A stretch of 64,000 nucleotides of DNA from Terriglobia bacterium (GCA_963740615.1 CAVUEZ010000002.1:53463-117462), one strand, 5' to 3'. Shown: positions 1 through 9,640, counted from the first letter of the stretch. Program-made: numbers and translations. The notes: generated by a model from the letters alone, not told the origin.

Positions 1-1
1 C

Positions 2-706
2 ACCAGCGCCATCGCCGCGCTGCTGGGCCAGGTGCAGAACCAGTCGCAGAATCCGCTGCTGCAGCAGCCCTTCGCCACCTTCGGCGGCGGGCAGACGCTG
101 ATGGCCATTCCCTTCCCGCCGCTTTCGGTTTCCTTTTCGCGCAACGAATCGCTGGTCTCCCGCCTGCAACACGTCACCCTGCGCGCCTCCCAGGGCAACG
201 AGGCCACCATGCGCATCGGCAGCCGCTATCCCATTCTCAACGCCACCTTCGCTCCCATCTACAACACCCCGGCCATTTCCCAGGTGCTTCAGAACCAGAG
301 CTACGCCGCGCCCTTTCCCTCGTTCAACTACGAGGACATCGGCCTCAGCGTCAAGGCCAAACCCTTCATCTACGCCAGCGGCGAGGTGCGTCTCGATGTC
401 AGCATGGAGATTCGGGCGCTGGGCGCGCAGTCCTTCAACGGCGTGCCGGTCATCAGCAACCGCCAGTACACCGGCTCCATCACCATCAAGGACGGCGAGG
501 CGGGCGTGGTCACCGGATCGCTGGACAATTCCGAACAGAACAGCCTCACCGGTTTGCCGGGAATCTCCCATCTCCCCGTGCTTGGCACCCTCACTGCCAG
601 CCATAACAAGCAGACCACCGAGACCGAGCTGCTGGTGCTCATCACTCCCCACATCACCCGCACCCGCGAGGCCAGCCCGCGCGCCATCATGATTCCCGGC
701 AGTTAG
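2..706 (+). CDS. Secretin-family outer-membrane channel protein, C-terminal part (5' end outside window)
   Basis: Frame is open from the window edge. C-terminal secretin-like signature GLPGISHLPVLGTLTASHNKQTTETELLVLITPHI. Confidence 0.7.
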   Translation, partial: TSAIAALLGQVQNQSQNPLLQQPFATFGGGQTLMAIPFPPLSVSFSRNESLVSRLQHVTLRASQGNEATMRIGSRYPILNATFAPIYNTPAISQVLQNQSYAAPFPSFNYEDIGLSVKAKPFIYASGEVRLDVSMEIRALGAQSFNGVPVISNRQYTGSITIKDGEAGVVTGSLDNSEQNSLTGLPGISHLPVLGTLTASHNKQTTETELLVLITPHITRTREASPRAIMIPGS

Positions 707-875
707 GGAAGTTCTGATCAACTCCCATTTTCGAAGGGGACAGCCTTCAGGCTGTCCGTCAACGGTCTGCCCCGAACCAGGCCGAAGGGTGAGTGTCCAG
801 GAAAATTCGCAACAATGAAGGGCAGGCTTTGCGGCACCGTTTTTAGCAGCCTCGGGCGCTGAGGGCAAACCGGTT

Positions 876-923
876 CTAATCGCTATTCGCTAATCGCCTA
901 ATCGCTAATTGCTAATCGCTGAT
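876..923. repeat. Heptanucleotide tandem array (CTAATCG/CTAATTG type)
   Basis: Direct reading: ctaatcgctattcgctaatcgcctaatcgctaattgctaatcgctgat, period 7, abutting the stop of the minus-strand gene. Confidence 0.8.
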
Positions 924-2077
924 TACTTCTTCTCCATCCAATCCACCATGCGCTTGAGTGTCTCGTAGGGCATCTGGCTCAGGTTGGAAATCTTGCGTCC
1001 TCCCACGAACAGCGTTGGTGTGCCGCTGATCTTCATTTCCTTTCCCAGCTCCAGCGAGCGGTTGATGCGCTCCGTCGTCGCCGGCTGTTCGGCGCACGCC
1101 GCCGTCTTCTCCCCGTTCACCCCCGCCTGCGACGCCAGTTGCGTCAGCCTCGGCACCGCCTTGCGCCCCGCGTCCTCGGTATTGCCGGTGGCTTGCGTGA
1201 TCTGTTCCTGGGCGCTGTATACATCTTCCAGGAATTTCCAGAATGCCGCCGGGTTCTCGCGGTAAATGCAGTCGCCGAACTCCGCCGCCTTGAACGCCCA
1301 CTTATGGATCTGGGTCAGCGGAAACTGCTGGAACACGAAGCGCGCCTTCGGTTCGTCGCCCACCAGGCGCTGGATTTCCGGGTTGGCCGATTTGCACGCC
1401 GGGCATTGCAGGTCGGCGAACTCCACGATCGTCATCGAAGCGTGCGCCGGCCCGCGCACAGCCCCGTTGATTCCCTTCTCCAACTTGGCTCGGTCGGCGG
1501 CGTACGGGTCCGCCCCAAACGGCACCACTTCGCCGCGCAGCGCGTGCTTCTGGTCGGGGGTGACGTAGAAATAGGCCGCGCCCCGGCCCTGCGGCGTGTT
1601 CAGCACCACCGTCACCTCGGTCAGGTTGTCCACAGCCCTCGGCTTCACCTCCAGAATCGTCCAGGTGATGTTGGGGTTCGCGCCTCCGCTCATCTCGCGA
1701 ACGAAGTTGTTGATGGCCGCATCCGATGGCCGGTCGCTGCCGAATCCTCCCGCGAACGGCACCATCTCTCCGCCAATCGCGTGCCGGTGGCCGGGCAGCA
1801 CGTACAGCTTTTTTTGCCCGGCGTTGGTCCCCGACTGAAAGTTCACTGTCACTTCCGCGATCCCCGGCGCCGGCGACGGCTGGATGCTGGTGATCGTCCA
1901 GCTCACGTTGGGCTCATAACCGAACACGTGCTTCAGAAACGACTGCACCGTCGCCTTCGACGGCAGCCCCGTCGCTGCCTTCCGTCCTGCCGCCCGGGGT
2001 CCCTTGTGCGCCTGGGCCGATGCCAGCGCGAACGCGGCTATCACCACCAAGGCTGTCAACACGTAATAACGGCGCAT
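923..2077 (-). CDS. Secreted DsbA-family thiol:disulfide oxidoreductase
   Basis: N-terminal signal peptide (MRRYYVLTALVVIAAFALASAQA). Thioredoxin-fold CPAC active site (FADLQCPACKS). Long, consistent ORF. Confidence 0.75.
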   Translation of the reverse strand: MRRYYVLTALVVIAAFALASAQAHKGPRAAGRKAATGLPSKATVQSFLKHVFGYEPNVSWTITSIQPSPAPGIAEVTVNFQSGTNAGQKKLYVLPGHRHAIGGEMVPFAGGFGSDRPSDAAINNFVREMSGGANPNITWTILEVKPRAVDNLTEVTVVLNTPQGRGAAYFYVTPDQKHALRGEVVPFGADPYAADRAKLEKGINGAVRGPAHASMTIVEFADLQCPACKSANPEIQRLVGDEPKARFVFQQFPLTQIHKWAFKAAEFGDCIYRENPAAFWKFLEDVYSAQEQITQATGNTEDAGRKAVPRLTQLASQAGVNGEKTAACAEQPATTERINRSLELGKEMKISGTPTLFVGGRKISNLSQMPYETLKRMVDWMEKK

Positions 2078-2170
2078 GGCTTCCTTTCAAAGCGTGTTCG
2101 GTTGCCGGTTTTCGGTTTTCGGGCGTGCGTTGTCGAATGGCCCGTGCTGTTGAAGTTGACCATTTCCCCC

Positions 2171-2218
2171 GAACCGTTAACCGTAAACCGTCAACCGATA
2201 ACCGTTAACCGATAACCG
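2171..2218. repeat. Heptanucleotide tandem array (AACCGTT/AACCGAT type)
   Basis: gaaccgttaaccgtaaaccgtcaaccgataaccgttaaccgataaccg, period 7, between two minus-strand genes. Confidence 0.8.
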
Positions 2219-2221
2219 CCC

Positions 2222-3862
2222 TCAATAATCCGAGCGTGCGGCGATGGGAAAACGGCGCCCCATCCCAAACGCTTTTTCCGAAATCTTCAGTCCCGGTGCG
2301 GCCTGCTGGCGCTTGTATTCGGAGCGCTCCACCATCCGGATCACCCTTCGCACCAGCTCCTTATCGTACCCGCGCTCTTCCGCAATCTGCTCCGCGCTCT
2401 TGGTGTCCTCGATGTAGCCCTCCAGGATCGTGTCCAGCACCTCGTACGCCGGCAGGGTATCGGAGTCCTTCTGGTTGGGGCGCAGCTCCGCCGACGGCGC
2501 CTTCTCCAGGATGGCCCGCGGGATCACCGGCTTTTTCGAATTCAGGTGCTGCGCCAGCCGGTAGACCAGCGTTTTCGGCACGTCGGAAATCACCGCCAGC
2601 CCGCCCGCCATGTCCCCGTACAGCGTGCAGTAGCCCACCGCCAGTTCGGACTTGTTGCCCGTGCTCAGCACCATCCCGCCGAACTTGTTGGAGAGCGCCA
2701 TCAGCAGCGCGCCCCGGATTCTCGCCTGGATGTTTTCCTCCGTCACGTCCTCTTCCCGCCCGGCAAACACCGGCTTCAGCCCCTTCAGGTAGGCGTCGAA
2801 GATTTCGGTAATGCGGATCAGCTCGAAGCGGATGCCCAGGTTCCCGGCCAGCGCGCGCGCGTCGTCAATGCTGCCCCGCGAGGAGTACGGTCCCGGCATT
2901 CCCACCCCGGTCACGTTCTGCGCCCCCAGCGCGTCGGCGGCAATGGCCGCCGTCAGCGCCGAATCGATGCCCCCGCTCAGCCCCACCATCACCCGGTGAA
3001 ATCCGCATTTGCGCACGTAGTCGCGCGTGCCCAGCACCAGCGCCGCGTACACGCTGGCTTCCAGTCCCTCCACGCTGGCGTGCAGTTCGCCCGCCCTCGA
3101 ACCGGTGTCGAACAACACCAGGTCTTCCTCGAACGACTTGGCCTGCGCCACCACCCGCCCGTCGGGCGCCATGGCCACGCTGCTGCCGTCGAAGATCAGG
3201 CTGTCGTTGCCCCCCACCTGGTTGACCATGATCACCGTTGTCTGGTACTTGGTCGCCAGCGCCGCCAGCATCTCCTGCCGCAGCTCGCGCTTGCCCGCGT
3301 AAAACGGCGACGCCGAGATGTTCAGCAGCAGGCTGCCCCCGGCGCGCATCAGCTCTTCCACCGGGTCCACCCCGTACAGCCGCCGGTTCCAGAAGCTCTT
3401 GTCGTTCCACGCGTCCTCGCACACCGTCAGCGCCACCTGGCTGCCGCAGAACGCCACCAACTCCTGCTTGGCCGCGGGGGCGAAGTTGCGCGACTCGTCG
3501 AACACGTCGTAGGTGGGCAGCAGCATCTTCGACTGCACGAACGCCACCCGGCCGTCCTTGGTCAGCGCCGCCGAGTTCATCACCCGCTTGCCCGTGTCGG
3601 CGTGCGCCGGGGTCACCAGCCCGCAGATCACGGCGATGCCCCGCGTCTCCGCCGCGATCCGCTCCAACATCTCCCGGTTGCGTTCGACGAAGCTGGGATT
3701 TTCCACCAGGTCGCGCGGCGGATAGCCGCAGATGGAGAGCTCGGGAAAAACGGCCAGGCTCGCCCCTCCGGCCTGGGCGCGCCGCGCGATCTCGATGATC
3801 TTGCCGGAGTTACCGCTGAAGTCGCCTATGGTGGTGTTGATCTGCCCGAGCGCAATCTTCAC
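2222..3862 (-). CDS. nadE: Glutamine-dependent NAD+ synthetase
   Basis: N-terminal nitrilase/CN-hydrolase domain (MKIALGQINTTIGDF..., CEDAW) fused to an NAD synthetase domain with the SGGIDS PP-loop. 546 aa. Confidence 0.9.
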   Translation of the reverse strand: MKIALGQINTTIGDFSGNSGKIIEIARRAQAGGASLAVFPELSICGYPPRDLVENPSFVERNREMLERIAAETRGIAVICGLVTPAHADTGKRVMNSAALTKDGRVAFVQSKMLLPTYDVFDESRNFAPAAKQELVAFCGSQVALTVCEDAWNDKSFWNRRLYGVDPVEELMRAGGSLLLNISASPFYAGKRELRQEMLAALATKYQTTVIMVNQVGGNDSLIFDGSSVAMAPDGRVVAQAKSFEEDLVLFDTGSRAGELHASVEGLEASVYAALVLGTRDYVRKCGFHRVMVGLSGGIDSALTAAIAADALGAQNVTGVGMPGPYSSRGSIDDARALAGNLGIRFELIRITEIFDAYLKGLKPVFAGREEDVTEENIQARIRGALLMALSNKFGGMVLSTGNKSELAVGYCTLYGDMAGGLAVISDVPKTLVYRLAQHLNSKKPVIPRAILEKAPSAELRPNQKDSDTLPAYEVLDTILEGYIEDTKSAEQIAEERGYDKELVRRVIRMVERSEYKRQQAAPGLKISEKAFGMGRRFPIAARSDY

Positions 3863-3935
3863 CCCTAGAGTCTAAAGCCACGGCTTCAACTCGCCAAATC
3901 GGATTTCGCCGTCTCGCGCTCCGCCAATTCGCCGC

Positions 3936-4745
3936 TCAGAACCGGTTGGCCAGCTCCAGTTGGTCCAGGTGGATGTCGCTCACTCCCAGCACTTCCCGCG
4001 CGATGCTGGCAATCTTCTTGGCGTGCGCCGGATTGTTGATCTCTCCCTTGATGACAACCGTGTCCCCCTGCACCGTGATCTCGAACTGCAGGTCGGAGGT
4101 GGCCGCATTCCTTGCCAGGTTCGCCTTCAGCCAGCTTGCCCGCGCCAGGTCGTGCATCGCCCGCTGGCTTTCGCCGGTGGACTGGAAGCATTCCCGCTGG
4201 GCGGCGGCGGCAATCACCTCGCACGCGTCCCTCAGGTTCATCTGCTCCAGGCTGAGCACCAGGTCGTACAGCGACGCGTTCCCCCAGTCCACGCCGTACA
4301 GAAATTGCGTCCACTTGCGGCGCACGTTGTCCATCTTTTCGATGTGCGCGATCGCTTCCGCCCGGTCGCACTGCAACCGTTCCAGCACCTTGCTGATGCG
4401 GTACTCCATGGGAGCGATAATTCGCGTCCGCAGCACGTGCGGTCCCTTGCCCAGCAGCAGGTGGCCCGCCAGGCCGTGGTAAATCGCGTTTCCCGACCTG
4501 ATCTCCTCGGTCAGCGCCGCCTGGATGAATGCCAGGTAAATGTACTTGGTATGTTGCGACTGCCCCAGGAAGCTGGGCGGTTCCTCGATCGCCGCTCGCA
4601 GGTCATCCTGCGAAACGCCCCACTCCGTCGCCTTGCTGATGATGTGGTCGCGATCGATGCAGCGGTAACCCAGCTTGCTCGCCAGGCACTCGGCCAGCAT
4701 CTTGCCTCCGCTATAGGATCCTCTCGAGATGGTGATGATCGGCAC
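3936..4745 (-). CDS. Cytidylate kinase-like P-loop protein with C-terminal BON-like domain
   Basis: N-terminus MPIITISRGSYSGGKMLAECLASKLGY is typical of the cytidylate-kinase-like family. C-terminal segment LQFEITVQGDTVVIKGEINNPAHAKKIASIAREVLGV resembles BON. Confidence 0.65.
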   Translation of the reverse strand: MPIITISRGSYSGGKMLAECLASKLGYRCIDRDHIISKATEWGVSQDDLRAAIEEPPSFLGQSQHTKYIYLAFIQAALTEEIRSGNAIYHGLAGHLLLGKGPHVLRTRIIAPMEYRISKVLERLQCDRAEAIAHIEKMDNVRRKWTQFLYGVDWGNASLYDLVLSLEQMNLRDACEVIAAAAQRECFQSTGESQRAMHDLARASWLKANLARNAATSDLQFEITVQGDTVVIKGEINNPAHAKKIASIAREVLGVSDIHLDQLELANRF

Positions 4746-5028
4746 AGCCGCCTCCTCTCCGCCGCCATGCCTTCAGCCCGCCGACACGCCGGCGCCGGAC
4801 ACTGCTCTGGCTGTTCCATACCACCCTGCCAGGCCGATTGCGGTGATGGACCTCACCTGTCGCCGTGCGCCGCATCTCGCGGTCCAAGCCTGCCAATTGA
4901 GAGCCGGGGAGGAAAAACCCCTGAGCCAAGCCCCGGAGGGGCGAGCGCTGGTAGCCCAGGGCGAAGTCCTGGGTAAAGCTCGCGAAGCTTGGACCACGAC
5001 AGGATGTCAACAGAACCAGTAAGCTTCT

Positions 5029-5795
5029 AATTACTAAGGCTCTTAGGAAGTTAAGTGGCCTGTAGAATGACGGATCGCCAATGTCTACGGGCAAAAACAG
5101 AGTTACTACGTCCGTTCCCATATTTCGGAGAAGCTTTTTCGGCACTTGCTTCGCGTTTTCGCTTTGGATCTCACGGCCAGCGAAGCCGCGGCCATCACCG
5201 GTCTTTCGGTGCGTTCGGTGAACACGGTTTACCTCAAATTGCGGCGCCAGATCGCCCGTTGGTGCGAAGCGCAAAACCCGCTCGCGGGAGAAGTGGAAGT
5301 CGATGAGAGCTATTTCGGGCCGCGCCGAGTTCGAGGTAAACGCGGCCGTGGTGCGGGAGGCAAGACGATCGTCTTTGGTATCTTCCAGCGCCATGGCTAT
5401 GTCTATACCCAGATCGTCCCCGACTGCCGGCGAAAGACGCTGCGGAAGGCCATTTTGGGCCGTATCAGCCTGGAGTCGGTCATCCACTCCGACGGCTGGT
5501 CCGGCTACGACGGCCTGGTCGATATGGGCTATCAGAAACATCTCCGGGTCAATCACGAGGCCCATCAGTTTGCGGTGCGCAAGAACCATGTCAACGGTAT
5601 CGAGAGCTTTTGGAGCTTCGCCAAACGACGCCTGGCCAAGTTCAACGGCATCCCCGCTCACACCTTTGTTCTTCACTTAAAGGAAACCGAATTTCGCTTC
5701 AATCATCGCCGTGATAATCTCTACCGCGTCCTCTTGGATCAGCTCCGAAAGGACCCTCTGACAGGCCGCTTAACTTCCTAAGAGCCTTACTAATT
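5029..5795 (+). mobile_element. IS1595-family insertion sequence (IS1016-like size, about 0.77 kb)
   Basis: 27-bp terminal inverted repeats AATTACTAAGGCTCTTAGGAAGTTAAG (5029-5055) and its reverse complement at 5769-5795, with 1 mismatch. They enclose a single transposase ORF. No target-site duplication seen. Confidence 0.8.
5146..5781 (+). CDS. IS1595-family (ISXO2-like) DDE transposase
   Basis: HTH-like N-terminus (TASEAAAITGLSVRSVNTVYLKLRRQI) and the characteristic core VEVDESYFGPRRVRGKRGRGAGGKTIVFGIFQRHGYVYTQIV...HSDGWSGYDGL. The true start is uncertain; the frame is open from 5071. Confidence 0.85.
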   Translation: MLRVFALDLTASEAAAITGLSVRSVNTVYLKLRRQIARWCEAQNPLAGEVEVDESYFGPRRVRGKRGRGAGGKTIVFGIFQRHGYVYTQIVPDCRRKTLRKAILGRISLESVIHSDGWSGYDGLVDMGYQKHLRVNHEAHQFAVRKNHVNGIESFWSFAKRRLAKFNGIPAHTFVLHLKETEFRFNHRRDNLYRVLLDQLRKDPLTGRLTS

Positions 5796-5801
5796 GCGCG
5801 G

Positions 5802-5838
5802 CCCAGGTTCGCGCCCCGCTGTTGGGCGCTAACCTGGG
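5802..5838. repeat. REP-like palindrome, family A (CCCAGGTTCGCGCCC..GGGCGCTAACCTGGG)
   Basis: 15-bp arms with 1 mismatch. Further copies at 8310-8346, 8400-8436 and 33226-33262 (inverted). Confidence 0.8.
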
Positions 5839-5843
5839 CCTCA

Positions 5844-5878
5844 GCTAACCGCTAATTGCTAATCGCTAATTGCTAATC
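5844..5878. repeat. Heptanucleotide tandem array (CTAATTG/CTAATCG type)
   Basis: gctaaccgctaattgctaatcgctaattgctaatc, directly after the family A palindrome. Confidence 0.8.
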
Positions 5879-5952
5879 CCGCATCGCCCCAGCGCACAAA
5901 CGAAAAGCCCCGGTTCTCCGCAGGGCTTATGCTTCCTGGGGCGTGAAAGTTC

Positions 5953-6312
5953 TTACACGTTAAACGATGAGCCGCATCCGCACGTGCTCTTCACGTTGGG
6001 GTTCTCGAACTTGAATCCCGCGCCCTCCAGGGTCTCCACGTAATCGACGGTGGCGCCGTTCAGGTACATCAGCGAGGTGGCATCCACGTACACCTTCAGG
6101 CCGTCGAAATCGTAGCTCTTGTCCATCAGACCGGCCGCGTTCTCAAACGACATCGAGTACGAGAACCCGGAGCAGCCGCCGCCCACCACGCCCACCCGCA
6201 GTCCCTGAGGCACGGGGTTCTGCTGGGCCATGATTTCCTTCACTTTCGCGATCGCGTTCGGGGTCATGTTGAGGGGTGCGGTCTTGGTCGGGGTAGCCGT
6301 TGTCGTCGCCAT
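5953..6312 (-). CDS. erpA: Fe-S cluster insertion/assembly accessory protein (HesB/IscA/ErpA family)
   Basis: 119 aa. Internal GGGCSGFSY and C-terminal CGCGSSF cysteine motifs. Confidence 0.85.
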   Translation of the reverse strand: MATTTATPTKTAPLNMTPNAIAKVKEIMAQQNPVPQGLRVGVVGGGCSGFSYSMSFENAAGLMDKSYDFDGLKVYVDATSLMYLNGATVDYVETLEGAGFKFENPNVKSTCGCGSSFNV

Positions 6313-6580
6313 TTTTTCTCCTCGAATAGCTAGCTTCCTGCCGGATTATACCATCCTGCCCGGGGCCATCACATCCTGCTGTGACCCCTATGCTAACTCC
6401 CTTGATTAGATGACCTTCCCTTGGCCGGGGTCGCACTTCCATTTCTCCGCCCTGCGCCCCGGTCCTGGACCGGAACCCTGAAAATAAACCCCGTTTTCAG
6501 CTTTCCGCCGGGCATATAATCGCCCCAGGGAACCGGGCTTGGGCCCGGCAACCGGGTCGAGTTCACAACCGAGGTGGCGC

Positions 6581-6856
6581 ATGTCATCGACGTTGACCAA
6601 TCTTCTGATCGTTTGGGGTGTGCTGACCGGCGTTCTGGTCATCCTGCTGATCTATCGCAGCACCCTGGCCATGCGGGAGGACGATCAGCTCTTCCTTAAC
6701 GAATCCGAATCGCACATGCAGATCGAGCAGCAGCAGGTGATCGCCCGCCTCAACCGCGTCAACGTGCCGGTTCGCATCCTCGGCGGCGCCTCCGGCCTGC
6801 TCATCCTGATCATCGCCGGCATGTGGATCTACGAGGGCCTCAGCCGGGTCCAGTAG
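6581..6856 (+). CDS. Small two-TM membrane protein, unknown function
   Basis: ATG at 6581 (MSSTLTNLLIVWGVLTGVLVILLIY...) and a second hydrophobic helix near the C-terminus. No recognisable domain. Confidence 0.4.
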   Translation: MSSTLTNLLIVWGVLTGVLVILLIYRSTLAMREDDQLFLNESESHMQIEQQQVIARLNRVNVPVRILGGASGLLILIIAGMWIYEGLSRVQ

Positions 6857-6954
6857 CTCCTCCGCCCCATCCGTTCCCCGGCACGGCTTGTCCCACCCGC
6901 CGTGTGCGCTATAGTGCCCTGAGTCGTAAGTTCGTTGCATTACCGGCGGGTTCG

Positions 6955-7165
6955 TGTCAGGGCACGGCTCTACAGGTTGCTGAAAAACTCGATTGCAAGC
7001 CGTTTTTGTGTCAGGGCACGACTTCAGTCGTGCCGTAAATGATTGAAAACACGTTGGGGCTTTAGCCCCTGCATTCCCAAATCGCATGCGAGACAGATTT
7101 TTTCCGCAGCCTCTTTAGCCGTGCCGAGCTACGGCCCAGAAAAGGATGGCCTTTAGGCCCTGCGG
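6955..7165. repeat. Cluster of REP-like hairpin elements, family C (GGGCACGnCTTCAGnCGTGCC and GGGGCTTTAGCCCC types)
   Basis: Several hairpins read directly, e.g. cagggcacgacttcagtcgtgccg and ggggctttagcccc. Related to the 107-bp unit at 12154-12483. Confidence 0.6.
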
Positions 7166-7299
7166 CAAAAGCGGCTCCTGCGGGCGCCCTCGCCCGCAGG
7201 GACACACCTTCCGTGAAGCCGCACCAGCCTTTGTGTACCGGGATCGCCACTCTGAAATCTCAGTCGGGAATGCGTTCCCTGTTGCTATCATGAACTCAT

Positions 7300-7384
7300 G
7301 CGAGAGTGGCGGAATTGGCAGACGCACCAGACTTAGGATCTGGCGGGGAAACCCGTGGGGGTTCGAATCCCCCCTTTCGCACCA
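7300..7384 (+). tRNA. tRNA-Leu (anticodon TAG), CCA encoded
   Basis: Hand-folded. 7-bp acceptor stem (7300-7306 with 7374-7380). Anticodon stem 7327-7331 with 7339-7343. Loop CTTAGGA. Long variable arm CGGGGAAACCCGT. T-arm GGGGGTTCGAATCCCCC. Discriminator A plus CCA. Confidence 0.9.
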
Positions 7385-7470
7385 ACCATAGTTACTACCA
7401 TTATTCTTTTTAGCGCGAAAAGGCACTTCGGTTCGCGCGCTCCCATTTGTTCCGAGAGACGACAATCAAG

Positions 7471-7495
7471 AAAAAAGCCGCCTTGGCAGGGCGGC
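7471..7495 (-). terminator. Rho-independent terminator of the PEP-CTERM gene
   Basis: Minus strand reads GCCGCCCTGCCAAGGCGGC followed by TTTTTT, 23 nt after the stop at 7518. Confidence 0.6.
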
Positions 7496-7517
7496 TCAAG
7501 ATTGGAAGAACCGTTGT

Positions 7518-8078
7518 TTACTTGCGGAACCGGCGGCGAATTGTACCCGCCAGGCCAGCCAGACCGCTTCCGAGCAGCAGCAGGCTGGTAGGCTCGGGAA
7601 CGGCTGCGGCGGCCCCCACCGTCCAGGCGCCCGGGGCGCTGCTGGTAGCGCTGAAGGCCGCTCCGGTGGAGTTGGCATAGTTGTCGTAGCCGCCAAAAAA
7701 ATCCACGGAGTAGGCGGTCTGCAGCGTGCCGGAAAACGATATCTGCCATCCGGTGATCACGCCGCTACCGTCCGTAATGAACAAGAAGGAGTCGGGCCCG
7801 GCGTCAGCCTGGGTGAAATGCTGCGAGCTGAAGGCCGTCCCGGTCACGACGAAGTCGTAGCTTGTGGGTGTCACAGCGCCAAAGAACAGATTGGGCAGCA
7901 GCGGCGATGACAACGTCAGCGTGCCATTCAGCGTCAGCGTAGCCGCGGGGCATGCGCCCACGCAAGACATCGCGCTGCCGGAGTAGTTGTACACCGTATC
8001 CGCTTGGGCGAAAGCAGCCAGGCACAGAACCGTGCCCGCAAGCCACACAAGACGATTTGCCAAATTCCTTCTTTTCAT
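7518..8078 (-). CDS. PEP-CTERM sorting-domain secreted protein
   Basis: Signal peptide, and a C-terminal VPEPTSLLLLGSGLAGLAGTIRRRFRK (PEP motif, TM helix, basic tail). Confidence 0.85.
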   Translation of the reverse strand: MKRRNLANRLVWLAGTVLCLAAFAQADTVYNYSGSAMSCVGACPAATLTLNGTLTLSSPLLPNLFFGAVTPTSYDFVVTGTAFSSQHFTQADAGPDSFLFITDGSGVITGWQISFSGTLQTAYSVDFFGGYDNYANSTGAAFSATSSAPGAWTVGAAAAVPEPTSLLLLGSGLAGLAGTIRRRFRK

Positions 8079-8309
8079 GGCAACAACGGGTAGCCTCCGG
8101 CCCCGGCGCGGCGCTTACCCGCCTCCCTTTCTTGATTCTGGATCCTCTTCTTATCCTGCGCATTATCTAGCGAGCCCTGGAGGTTTCAAATTCCCCGTTT
8201 GTCGTAGCCACAACGGTTAAGTTCGTCTTGCGGGCGTGAGCGCAGCGGGAACCCGCAGGCGAAATCCTGAGCCGCAGGCGAAGGAGCGAGCGCAGCGAAA
8301 CACGGGTGC

Positions 8310-8346
8310 CCCAGGTTCGCGCCCTGGTGTTGGGCGCTAACCTGGG
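8310..8346. repeat. REP-like palindrome, family A
   Basis: cccaggttcgcgccctggtgttgggcgctaacctggg. Part of a roughly 50-bp direct repeat (8301-8350 and 8391-8440) flanking a heptamer array. Confidence 0.8.
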
Positions 8347-8350
8347 ACTC

Positions 8351-8390
8351 AGCTAATTGCTAATCGCTAATTATCGCTAATCGCTAATTG
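8351..8390. repeat. Heptanucleotide tandem array (CTAATTG/CTAATCG type)
   Basis: agctaattgctaatcgctaattatcgctaatcgctaattg. Confidence 0.8.
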
Positions 8391-8399
8391 CACGGGTGC

Positions 8400-8436
8400 C
8401 CCAGGTTCGCGCCCTGGTGTTGGGCGCTAACCTGGG
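8400..8436. repeat. REP-like palindrome, family A
   Basis: Identical to the 8310-8346 copy. Confidence 0.8.
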
Positions 8437-8502
8437 ATTCAGCTAACCGAATATGCCGGCTTTCCCCTTGTAAGTTGAGGCTCGAACCTTGAAACTCTCC
8501 GA

Positions 8503-9273
8503 GTGTCCCTGTTCGGCGCCCTCATCCTGTTTGCCGCCGCCCTGCTCGCCGGTTTCTTCAACTCCATCTGCGGCGGCGGCAGGTTTCTGTCTTTCCCGGT
8601 TCTTCTGCTCACCGGCGTTCCCCCCATCCAGGCCAGCGCCACCAACACCCTTGCCGTCTGGCCCGGTATCATCGCCGGCGCCATCGGCTATCGCCGCGAA
8701 GTGGCCGCCCACCGGCACCTTCTTCCCGTGCTCACCGTGGTTGGCGTAATCGGCGGCTTCGCCGGCGCCAAGATCCTGCTGCACACTTCGCAAACCACTT
8801 TCTTCCGCATCATTCCCTGGCTGCTGCTCGGCGGCACCATCGTTTTCCTCTTCGGCGTGCCCCTGGCCCAATGGATCCGGCAGCGCACCCTGCTTCATCC
8901 CCGGGTTTCCTTGGTTACGCGCGCCGTCACCATCGCCTTGCTCTTCCTCATCTCCATCTACATCGGATACTTCGGCGCCGGTGTCGCCATTCTGGTCGCC
9001 GCCGTCTTCGCCCTCATGGGACTGGAAAACATGCACGCCATCAACGGCCTCCGCACCTACCTGGTCAGCGTCTCCAACGTGGTGGCCGTGGCCACCTTCA
9101 TCATGGCTGGCGCCATCGCCTGGCCGCAGGCCCTGGTCATGATCTTTGGCACCGCCATCGGCGGATACAGCGGCGCACGCTTCGCCCGCAGGCTCGATTC
9201 CAGCCTCATTCGCGGCGTTGTCATCACTCTCGGCTTCGTCATGTCCATCTACTTCTTTTTCCAGGCCTACTGA
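8503..9273 (+). CDS. TauE/SafE-family anion exporter membrane protein
   Basis: 256 aa and multi-TM. N-terminal GFFNSICGGGRFLSFPVLLLTGVPPIQASATN is typical of the TauE/SafE (DUF81) family. Confidence 0.8.
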   Translation: MSLFGALILFAAALLAGFFNSICGGGRFLSFPVLLLTGVPPIQASATNTLAVWPGIIAGAIGYRREVAAHRHLLPVLTVVGVIGGFAGAKILLHTSQTTFFRIIPWLLLGGTIVFLFGVPLAQWIRQRTLLHPRVSLVTRAVTIALLFLISIYIGYFGAGVAILVAAVFALMGLENMHAINGLRTYLVSVSNVVAVATFIMAGAIAWPQALVMIFGTAIGGYSGARFARRLDSSLIRGVVITLGFVMSIYFFFQAY

Positions 9274-9313
9274 CAACTCACAAATGACCACCCACAACTG
9301 CTAAACTTCCCCC

Positions 9314-9610
9314 ATGTCATTTTCCGTGCAGCCCAACATCAAGCTGGTCAACACCGCCGAGTACCGCGACAGCTACGCCAACAGCGTCCAGGTGCGCGTC
9401 AACGTCTGGGACTTCTTCCTCGTCTTCGGCACCCTCCAGCAGTCCAGCGAGTCCGAGGTCGAGGTGCGCAACTTCCAGGGCGTTTACCTCAGCCCGCAGC
9501 AGGCCAAGGCGCTGATGAGCATCCTGCAGCAGAACGTCTCCCAGTACGAGAAGACCTTCGGCGAAATCAAGCTCGATCCCCATCTGGCCGCCCCCGGCGG
9601 CGTCAACTGA
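9314..9610 (+). CDS. DUF3467-family small protein
   Basis: 98 aa. Pattern YANSVQVRVNVWDFFLVFG...LSPQQAKALMSILQQNVSQYEKTFGEI matches my memory of DUF3467 proteins. Confidence 0.6.
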   Translation: MSFSVQPNIKLVNTAEYRDSYANSVQVRVNVWDFFLVFGTLQQSSESEVEVRNFQGVYLSPQQAKALMSILQQNVSQYEKTFGEIKLDPHLAAPGGVN

Positions 9611-9640
9611 TTCCAGCTTGACCATGGAGCGCGCTCGCCC

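Noticed and set aside
2546-3868. 440-aa plus-strand ORF
   Set aside because: Lies entirely antisense to nadE. Arg/Gly/His-rich low-complexity translation, typical of shadow ORFs in GC-rich DNA.
4711-5676. 321-aa minus-strand ORF
   Set aside because: Crosses the IS1595 left inverted repeat and runs antisense to the transposase. No motifs.
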